Below are positions 55,041 through 64,000 of a stretch of 64,000 nt of DNA, piece after piece. Under the pieces are notes generated by a model that saw only the letters and a list, made by a program, of their open reading frames with translations, did no database searches and had not been told where the DNA came from. The DNA is taken from the NCBI GenBank assembly GCA_012295275.1, contig CM022668.1:248001-312000 (forward strand), read 5' to 3'. Numbering within the stretch: the first letter of the stretch is position 1; every line of letters begins with the position of its first letter. The DNA is from Chrysomallon squamiferum. Lineage: Eukaryota > Animalia > Mollusca. Position numbers and translations under genes: made by a program.

Positions 55041-56401
55041 ATGGAATTGTTAGTTTATTTTGTCTGTACTAGTTTTTGTTTGGGTCATTCTCTATTATAT
55101 AATACAAGTTTTTAAATTTACTAAATCTTCAATCCTGTTTTTACTGTCTAACCCACCATAAAATGACACACTTCAATGAAGTTAATCTCTAAAAACAATT
55201 ATTAATGTAGAAGCCAGTTGCTATTTTATTGTTTACCCATAATTCTGAAATCCCCAATTATGGTGATTGCCTATTTTTCAAATTTTGTTCAAATTAGTTT
55301 CATTCACTTAAACAATTAAGATTAATGTGTAAGAAATATGAATGTTTACATTTGTCCCATCCAAAATCCAAGTTACTTCTGGATTGAATTATTTTCAGTA
55401 AATGATGTTCAATCTGTTGTAATTTTGAAATGTTCTGCATATCATGATTATTTATTCATTTATCACTTTGTGCTATAGATACCAGTAAAATTCGATTTAC
55501 AATAGATAATAATAGTAACCAAACATTTTGCTATTATAAATGATTAGGCTGTTTTTTCACATCTGCTTTTGTTGCTTCTGCTTTGATTATTGTTCTTTTC
55601 ACGTTTTGTTCAATACTAACATGCATTACAAGTTTAGATTCTATACAGTTATTAATTTTTGAAAAATATTTTATATCAGATTATTTTTATTAATTTTGCT
55701 GATAGATTTTAAAAAAAATCAAATTAAATTCTAATTTGTAGAAAGAAGTACATGTCTGCCAGTTGAAATAATTATAAAAATAATAAATAAATAAATGGAA
55801 TGTTTTTCATCGAATAAAAGAAAAATATATATATATAATTTTTGGCTGCATTTTAAGTAAAAAAAAAACAGACCTTGGTGTTTTTATTGTGGTTATATAT
55901 ATATATATAATTATTTGCAGAGAAGGATTCCATTACTCAGGCAAAGAAACCAAGAAAAAAGAAAACCTCGCAGAAGAGACCAGCATTTGTTGATTCTGAT
56001 GAGTCGGATGATAGTTTTGTTACAAAAAAATCAAAGGTAAAACTCTTGAATTTATCCAGTTAGGTAGTTAAATAAACATCATTTCATATGTGTGTTAATT
56101 TTAATTGCTTTATACATAGGTATGAATGTGTGTGTGCATATATATTTTACTCTAGAAATTCATGCATTTTTTTCCGTTAAGCATGAATGTTTTAGTTTTT
56201 TCTGACATTTAACTTTTAGTAATATGTGGGGTTTTTTTAATTATTTTTATTTATTTGTAGAAGATAACAGTGAGTGACGACGATGACTCATTTCATGACA
56301 ATGGCAATACTGCGACATTGATGCCAGGACGTACAACTGGCCGATCTAGAGCCCCAGTCAAATATAACTTCGGTGAAGATGAGGAGGAGGAGGATTTTTA
56401 A
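32906..56401 (+). CDS. TOP2: DNA topoisomerase II (type IIA), complete, about 1668 aa for the proximal-exon isoform
   Basis: Exons: 32906-32929, 33529-33762, 34589-34682, 34947-35010, 35306-35451, 37401-37498, 38062-38274, 38605-38778, 39266-39367, 39694-39831, 40270-40566, 40840-41076, 41534-41639, 42086-42288, 42760-42996, 43158-43306, 43475-43706, 44121-44320, 44658-44793, 45203-45398, 46630-46727, 47721-47870, 48286-48369, 48737-48934, 49502-49682, 49995-50159, 53597-53723, 53930-54075, 54366-54521, 54779-54943, 55921-56036, 56261-56401. All are GT-AG and the frame is continuous. Motifs: YQKKTQLEHILLRPDTYIGS, EILVNAADN, GGRNGYGAK (GHKL ATPase), EGDSA, PLRGK, MTDQDQDG (TOPRIM), YHHGE, catalytic ASPRYIF, C-terminal RSRAPVKYNFGEDEEEEDF*. 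C-terminal-domain exon boundaries are less certain than the core. Confidence 0.96.
35666..37374 (+). mobile_element. Non-autonomous TIR DNA transposon, about 1.7 kb, copy 1 (unclassified)
   Basis: Imperfect 16-bp TIRs (consensus GTAGGTATCGGCAGCC...GGCTGCCGATACCTAC) flanked by TTGTA on both sides. Colinear with copies at 46776 and 50211. No transposase ORF seen. Confidence 0.8.
45788..45930 (+). mobile_element. Old fragment related to the interior of the same TIR family
   Basis: gcaaaattgc...ctgtaaattttatgtgca...aaagg...actgtttaaaatga.tatat...ttaataa.ttg..tgcttgtttt matches about 36160-36310. Confidence 0.55.
46776..47249 (+). mobile_element. Internally deleted 474-bp copy 2 of the TIR family
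   Basis: Left about 400 bp and right about 50 bp of copy 1 are joined at about 47185-47200; both TIRs are present. Confidence 0.8.
50790..50875 (+). pseudogene. 86-bp duplicated fragment of TOP2 exon 55921-56036
   Basis: 84/86 identical to 55946-56031; no flanking splice sites. Confidence 0.9.
51011..51663. mobile_element. Young MITE with about 220-bp near-perfect TIRs and a TA target duplication (Tc1/mariner-type footprint)
   Basis: Arms 51011-51236 and 51448-51663 are reverse complements, and the ORF track gives the same peptide on both strands. The empty site in copy 1 (gcgTAtacattatagc, about 36327) shows TA duplicated here. Confidence 0.92.
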
Positions 56402-56484
56402 CTATGTGATATTAAGCTATCAAAAAAAAAAAAAATTTTTTTTAAATATATATAACATTTTATAAAATAAACTTGTACGTCATT

Positions 56485-56487
<3 letters not shown>

Positions 56488-56543
<56 letters not shown>

Positions 56544-56556
56544 AAAAAAAAAAAAA
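56488..56556. repeat. (TA)n followed by a poly-A run in the TOP2 3'UTR
   Basis: Direct reading of the sequence. Confidence 0.9.
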
Positions 56557-59274
56557 ACAAACAAGAAAATTAGTGATAATAAAATGTTATTAATCTAAAA
56601 AAATACAGCTTTAAAAAAAAAAGTAAAAGTTATCTAAAATTTCAAAAGGTTACTGTAACATTGATGGTATCATTCTGGAAAATATGAAAACAAAATAAAT
56701 ATGAGTATCTACAAAAAATTTCAAAATAAGTAAATTTAAACAAATGTATATAGAATATAATTTGGTATTGCTAAAAAAAACTCCTGAAAAAATATATAAT
56801 GATTAGTTAACTAAATTATTTAAAAAAAAAGAAAAAAAAAAGAAGTACTGTAAACATAAATCGTTAAAGCCTGCAAAGTACAAATAAAAGAAACACAAAA
56901 AAAAAAATTAAATTTAAAATGTTAGTGTGTTTTTTTCTTTTGTTTTTTTAATGAATATTTTTGATGTATCAAACCTGACCAATGCATCAACTATAACTTA
57001 AACAAATAACATTCATGCCTGTACCAAACAGTGTGTAGATTGTGTTACATATGTGGAAAATATATATGTAAAGAAACGATACAGAATAATTTTCTTGGTG
57101 CAAAGAATAATGATTTTGTTGCATACACATATTCATGTGTCCATGTATGGGATGTTTTTATTTTCATATTCAGGTTTTTTTTTCATTATGTTACATTACA
57201 GTCTTTACAGGTCTGACAGCATTTCACTATTATAATAATACACCCCTCAATTTATTTGTTGCCATGGAGACTAGCAGGTTTTAATTCCTCATACACATTT
57301 GTTTTCCTCTTTATTATAATTATTTGCCAAAGAAACATAGAAATTTGTCAAATTTAATTTCAGTAAAAAGTAGGTTTTTTTGTTTTTTGTTTTTATTAGT
57401 TTTTTAATGTATTTTATTTTTTATTTTATTTTATTTTATTTTGTTATTTCTTGAGTAATGATTAAACTGCTTCAGTACTCTCCCTTGTACATACTCTTAA
57501 GAATTAGAAACCTATCAGTTTTGACTATTTTAGTTAATAGTATAATTGTATCATTCATCACATAACTTAAATATTTTATTTTTAATGTAAATAAATGTTA
57601 ATGTTTGCCACACATATTTGTTAGTACAATACTGAGAAACAAAATTATTGAAATTAACCAACAGTGTTTTTATTTGGGGGGTCAGGGTTTCATTCAACAG
57701 TTGATAATATTTATTATGTTTAAACAATTTTCAAAAAGGTTATAGCTTATAGCAGCTAAGTATCACTGTATTGTTAAACGTTGTTCAGAAATAATTTATT
57801 GTTAAACACATAATAAAATGAAAAACTGACTTTCAACCAGCATCTAGTTTTATAATGAATATTATAATGTGCAGAGAAGCATTTTTACTAAAACATTTTC
57901 ATAACTACCACTGAATGTAGTATGTTATTCATACGTTGCTCAGTATTCATTTATTTACTAAAATATACTATCAATTTATGAAATAATTTTATTTAGGATG
58001 CTATTTTTAACCTTTTACTGTTATTCACAGCTTTGTAGTAATAGTTGATTTGTTTACTACTTACATGCTGGGGTTATTCAAAAGAAATTTCAGTTGTAAA
58101 AATAATTTTAATTTCATGTCTTCCTTATAATCAAAATTACACAATTGTAATAAGAAATCTATATCTGGTGTGTAATCAATTAAAATAATTAATTTTTCTC
58201 TTACTTTATCAGCTAACAATGAGCTGTATTACAGCTTTCATTTTTAAATTGTTTGGTTTTAAAATTTATCTCATTAATTCACACACATACATTTTTATTT
58301 ATTTTTATCATATCTCAGAATATTATTACCAGTTCTCATTTTGATCATAAACATTTTTGAGACAAGCTTAAATAATGAATTACATCAGATATATTTTTGT
58401 TTGCTTTTCACAAGTGTTGCTGATGTATTTATTTGAAGTGTGTCAAACTACACTTCCAACAATAAGCAATGTAGTTTGACACTGAGAGTGTCTGCAATAT
58501 TTTCCTTGGATGGTTTAAAACAAACAGTCAAACATGTCAGTAACAAATTTATAGTTTATGAATTTGTTTTATTTTATTTTTATACAAATCTGGTGATTTA
58601 CATTTTGTCTTGTCTATAAAAACGTTTTATTTTTAATGAATCTCCAGTCATACATTATTCTATCTGTGTGCCTGTCACTCACCCTGTCATATTGTAGCAG
58701 TTACATAATAAAATGTTATGTAGTAAATTTGTAAATTACAATCTTGTGTTTTGTTATTTTTAATTAAAGTACAGCTATAGTGGTTTGCATACCCAGTAAC
58801 TAGTTTTATAATATTTATATTTTTAAAAGTAACATAAACAATAAAGCTATCACTATCAGTTGATCTGATAAAGTTTGTCATTTTGGAATTTTGATTAAGT
58901 CGTGATGTTAACATACGCTTAAGACTGATTTTGTCTGGACACCCATTTTTGTGAATAATAAAGTAACAAAAACAACTGATCTATAAAAAACGTAGAAACG
59001 CCATCGTTTTTCTGACAATATATTAAAAACAAACGAGCCTGATGAGAACAAATAATTTTTTATTTTTGGTAACAACACTTAAAAATCATTAAATAAACTT
59101 GTGAAATGATTTTGGAAGAATTTTGTCTCATTTGTGAATTAAATTCTAAGTTATAATGAAGCTGTTTAACTAATACCTTCCCAGACAGGAGGGCACATAC
59201 AACACCAGTCATTAACAGATGAGTCTATGGGTTAGGGTTACATGTATATTTTAAAATAAATATATATTATAAAT

Positions 59275-60978
59275 TTATTCTTTGACTTCATATTTTTGCT
59301 TCAATTTCTCCAATCTATCCAAGACTTCAGTACAATCTGATCTTTCACTTTCTAGATTTTTAAATAATTTGACACATGCCTCTTGTTCTTGTTTGCTCAA
59401 AAACTGAACAGATAAGGAAAATCTGTTGGTTGTGCTCAGTTGTTCCAATATGTCAATAATGTCTAGCAACTCCTCCCTTTTCATACAGGTTGCCATAACA
59501 ATCAGAAAATCTCCAAGCAATCCAAAACCAATTTCTCCTTTGAAAATAGCTGCTAGTTTTTGTGCTCCAACTGCAAGAAGGAACTGATGTCTCTTGGATT
59601 CTGTCTTGTGCACATGTCTCCATTCTCTAATAAACACCAATGATGTCGCTGGAATCTTTACAGAATCTTTGTTCTGAAAACAGACTTATAAATTGAAATT
59701 ATAAACCTAACAAAAAAATAGAAAATGATGATGAAATATTTATCTCGAGTGTCTTAATGTTTTACATAAAAAATAAATAAATCTGTCTTAGTGTATATGT
59801 AGATATATGTGTGTCATCTTAGTGTGTACATGTTTGTGTGTTCTTGTATGGCTGTTATTTGTGTATGCATATAAGACTGCATTAGTTATTACATATTTTT
59901 GTTGTGGCTATGATGTATATGTCTGAATGTGTATGCATATCTGTGTGTATGTGTGTGTTTGTGTGTGTGTGTGTGTGTGTAAATCAAGACATACCTGAGT
60001 TAGAGGCATGTAGTCAGTTACTACATCACCATTTTGTTTTGTAGCTATAACATTCCAAGGCTGTTGAAATCTACTTTTTATTTTGTCACCTTTGTCTAAA
60101 GGTTTCAGATGAGATGCCGCAACAATATCTCTGAAAAGTATTTGCAATTTGTCAATATTTGAAAATAAATTTTTAAAAATCTAAATAAATAAATAAGTAA
60201 GTAAGTAAGTAAATAAATAAATAGTTACATAAACAATAATACAACATGAAATAATCACAACTGTCTGTCTGAAAAGTTCACCTAACAAATCTAGAAGTGT
60301 TCTACTCACCTGGCTTTTAGAAAACATACCGAGAAGGTCACCTTAAAAACTGCCTCAGTACTCAAACTGATTCAGCATAACCTTTTGCTTATAAATATAG
60401 ATTTGTAAAAATATAGAATTGTTTACAAACTATTTGATTAATGGTTTGGATCAGAACTGAAGTAATGGCAGACCTTTTTTTTCTTTGTCCAAATAATTAC
60501 TGAAGACAACTAGTTATTTCCTTCTGGCAAGGGCTCCATAACTGATATGTAAGTGATAATATATATTTACTTTTTTGTGTGTGTATATGGCTCTTGAATT
60601 TTATGCATCTATGTATTTAAACATAAAAGTGTGTTTTTGTGTGTGTGTGTGTGTGTTGTATTAGTGTGTGTCTTTAGATGTATCTTGGTATTCATACAGA
60701 TTTATATCTGCACATATCTATGTATTTATACAAGTGTGTGTAATGTGTTACTATTGATACATCTTTGCATATATGTATGTTTATGTCTGTGTGTGTGAGA
60801 TTCTGTATGGGTGTCTTACTTACTTAAATTCTTCGTATGAAGCAACTCGCTGCTGCACAGCTCTGAACTTTGCATCATTCTCTCGTTGATATTTTTCATC
60901 TGCGGCTACAGCAGCATTTAGTTCAATTTCTAATTTATCAAAGTCAAAGTCATTGTCATCATGTGACAAACTCGTCAT
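59275..60978 (-). CDS. CCDC103: Coiled-coil domain-containing protein 103 / dynein axonemal assembly factor 19, complete, 229 aa
   Basis: Exons 60978-60824, 60130-59995 and 59673-59275 total 690 nt, GT-AG. N-terminus [52 protein letters not shown] matches the dynein-attachment N-domain. C-terminal RPAP3_C-like domain reads FIREWRH...[12 protein letters not shown]...[13 protein letters not shown]...LKQKYEV. Confidence 0.95.
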
Positions 60979-61400
60979 CTTAAAACTACACAATATGGAA
61001 GAAAAAAAAAGTTAATTAAAATATATATATATTTTAATTAACTTTTTACCAAATAAACAAAGCTTTAATACTAAACTATAAACTGGAAATGTTTGGCTGG
61101 TCTTTTTGTTTTACATAAAATGAACTTAATTATATGATATCTGTTTAATTAACTTGAAGCTTAAACGTCAGTATTTTAAGTTTAAAATATTGTTATTTAT
61201 TAAATATATTTTTATTTTTAAATTATCAGAAAAAAAGAACGATCATTTCAATATACGGAAACAGGTGAAGTAGCATTTTAAACATCGAAACTTATCGAAG
61301 ACTGTCAAAATACTATTAATGCACATGCTTTATATTATATTTAGATGCCGGCAAAGGTCAATAGCATAAAATGATTCTACTGATTGAAAGAAAGGCTTAC

Positions 61401-61460
61401 ATTAAATCACTGAAGATAAAGAAAACAAAAAAAAACACAGCGTCCTTAGCAATTTCAAGG
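61401..61460 (-). promoter_or_regulatory. Probable CCDC103 promoter / non-coding first exon with an RFX X-box
   Basis: Minus strand ATTGCTAAGGACGC at 61440-61453, donor AAT|GTAAGC at 61400, acceptor tgtag| 7 nt before the ATG. RFX control of motile-cilia genes is established. Confidence 0.5.
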
Positions 61461-61711
61461 GAGATTACTCTATTAAAAAGAAAAATATGGTTTTATACGT
61501 CTATTTATTTCTTCCACACTGTTCTATTTCACTTTTGAATGCATAATTAATTAAACCAGGGTTGTTTTGGGTTGTTCTTTTTTTTTTTTGGTTTTTTAGT
61601 AAAATTTGTTTTAAGTATTCACTGCTTTTAATTTAATTTTATTCTTATAAAACATGTCTATTGGGTACTAGAAAACAATAGGAACAAGTAATAATAATAA
61701 TAATAATAATA

Positions 61712-61747
<36 letters not shown>

Positions 61748-62489
61748 GTGGTTATTTAGGATATAACTGCATAAATATAAAACAATAAAGAAATGGGTAA
61801 CATATTTTTAAAATTGAGAAATATATCTTTTGACATTAATTTAACATTAAGTCTCCTATATTATTGATAGATACAAAAACTGTATGGACATGTTTGTTAT
61901 AATCCTCATTATTATTATCATTATCATTATCATAATCAAGGTATATGCAATGTGTATTTTATTATTTTATTATTATTATTATCATTAATTTTTTTAATTG
62001 CTATCACTGATTTTTAATTGCTATTTATGTAGTCAGAGCAGTGATCTGTGAAATGACCTTTTCTATTTTTCATGAAGTGCTTGTTGATTTATTTCCCTTT
62101 CCAGTTAAAGATCATTGTACGACTATTCTGCTTTATGGTTACGTAGATTATTAACATTCGCTTTTATTAAAATAAAAAAATAAAAACAAGAAAAACAAGA
62201 GAAAAAAAATCTTTAAATGTTTGTCAAAAATCCATGTTCTGACGAAATTAAAAGCCGCAATTTAATTAGTTAAGCATTCATATATATACATATGTTTACT
62301 TATATATATACCAATATTTTATTTTACACAGATGAGAAAACTAATTACAAATGCACAGGAGGACGGGTCTTGCATTTTAGGAAAGTGGACGCTATCAATA
62401 TATTGGTTGAACTTTCAGCATTAAATAAATGGGGTGGGTGTGGAAATCTGTTGATAACTATTTTTGTTTATTGTATGTTCCTTTCTAGT

Positions 62490-62716
62490 CTCCACCACCG
62501 ACGTCATCTAGCCCCGCCGCATTAAAATATTAGTGAGACAAGGCAAATGGCGCAATGCGTAATTTGGTTTACTCATGAACGTCTGAAATATGGCAACACG
62601 TGACAGCTTAACCGGAGTGAAGGCTGAGGCAATCCATCATGTTGTAGCAGCAACGTTGAAAAGAAAATATTTATTACTGGGTTTTTACCGCACAGAGAGG
62701 AATAGAGCGGATTCAG
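62490..62716 (+). other. Promoter and first exon of an unidentified plus-strand gene, divergent from CCDC103
   Basis: CpG-rich patch with GACGTCA 62500, GC box GCCCCGCC 62511, YY1-like AAATGGCG 62545, CACGTG 62597 and a strong donor CAG|GTAAGA at 62717. The frame is open from ATG 62590 to the donor. Confidence 0.55.
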
Positions 62717-62792
62717 GTAAGAGTTCCTTTTGTACTTAGTAAAGTTACTAACTTGTGAAATAAAGTGTTAAAAGTAAATTTTTAAATGTAAC

Positions 62793-62827
<35 letters not shown>

Positions 62828-63669
62828 TCATCACTGTTGATACCGTCGTCGTTTTTGTATAATAATGATCATCAAAAATACATCTGGAATTTACTGTACC
62901 TGCTTGTGTCAGTTTGTACCATATTTCTTTAAAGTGTTAGGATATTTCACAAACATGCAAACTTAACATTATTTTAGCCAACAGAAAGTTACGTAAAGGC
63001 TTCTTTTTAAAATATATTACTGCTTTAAGTGTAATTTTATTTCGAGTTACATTGACTATCAATTAATCATTTCTGTTTTAAATATTTTCATTTATTTAAT
63101 TTAAAATGTTTAGCTAATTCAGTTTAATGCATTATATACATGTACATACACATACACACATATATACATACACACACATATACGTATGTTAAGAATCTAT
63201 ATTCACACACATGTAGACAGACAGAGAGAGACAGAGATAGATAGATAGAAGATAGATATATAGATAGATAGACAGATTAGATAGATATACGCACATTTAC
63301 ATAAAGGACAAATCATTAACTGAGACATAATTAAATATGTGCATGTATTTCCTTGTCGTTATAAAATGTACATATATAACCATTATCTGCGTCACGAACA
63401 ATAACTTTTAGTTTTATTCTTGAATAACCTGTTTGTAAGACGTAAGGTCTGTTTGTTATTAAAGAGTTTTTACACAAACTGTAAAAAAACTAATTACATA
63501 TATATTTAAACAGCTAATTCCATTCGCTGTAAAAAGAAGGTATATCAGCTATAAAATTATTTTACCAGAAAATGAACAAATCAATACACATATAAACACA
63601 CTGCACTGGGAAAAAGTAACAACATGAAAAAGAAAGAGAAATAAAGTGAGAGATTAACAGAAAGAGAGG

Positions 63670-63672
<3 letters not shown>

Positions 63673-63740
<68 letters not shown>
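63673..63740. repeat. (AG)n microsatellite
   Basis: About 33 perfect units. Confidence 0.95.
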
Positions 63741-63743
<3 letters not shown>

Positions 63744-63883
63744 CGTGTAAAGAAATTAGCTTAATTAATCAAATAAATGAGTGTTTATTAAAGTTGAACA
63801 TATTTTTATATTTTCTGCACAAGCACGGGATAACGTGTACCATATAAATATATGCTGTTTAAAGAGCAGTAGCAGTGCCACGT

Positions 63884-63917
<34 letters not shown>

Positions 63918-64000
63918 TAGCTTGAAATAGTCGCTAGAGAACGTACGTAATTCGAATTTCAAGCATTTTAACTTGAGCTACCTGTAAAAACTAAAACACA

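Noticed and set aside
56488-56556. Poly-A run after the TOP2 stop, suggesting a retrocopy tail
   Set aside because: The gene has full intron structure, the run is part of a (TA)n/A microsatellite, and no TSD is seen.
1-64000. tRNA, rRNA, snRNA or snoRNA genes
   Set aside because: None recognised by eye; tRNAscan-SE and Infernal/Rfam would be needed to exclude small intronic RNAs.

Overview
AT-rich, microsatellite-rich, intron-containing animal DNA. It is probably an invertebrate such as a mollusc or other lophotrochozoan, which is inferred from composition and protein style only. Four genes can be built by hand with GT-AG junctions and consistent phases: (1) the 5' part of a DLK/LZK-type MAP3K (MAP3K12/13-like, minus strand, kinase domain outside the window, about 22 kb of 5' intron); (2) a complete UBE2G2 (minus, 5 exons, 165 aa); (3) a complete type IIA topoisomerase TOP2 (plus, 31 shared coding exons, about 1670 aa); (4) a complete CCDC103/DNAAF19 (minus, 3 coding exons, 229 aa). 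A probable first exon of a further plus-strand gene lies near 62.6 kb. The most interesting signal is the 5' end of TOP2. It has two mutually incompatible micro-exons, one giving a TOP2B-like N-terminus (..LKWN|AMFEN) and one a TOP2A-like N-terminus (..GPLK|AMFENMQ), and the second sits behind a cell-cycle-type promoter (inverted CCAAT boxes plus CDE/CHR-like). This suggests one gene producing alpha-like and beta-like isoforms. TOP2 introns also hold several copies of one TIR transposon family; one copy carries a nested long-TIR MITE and an 86-bp copy of a downstream TOP2 exon. Most ORFs in the supplied track are microsatellite or antisense artefacts. All gene names come from recalled similarity to human proteins, not database searches.
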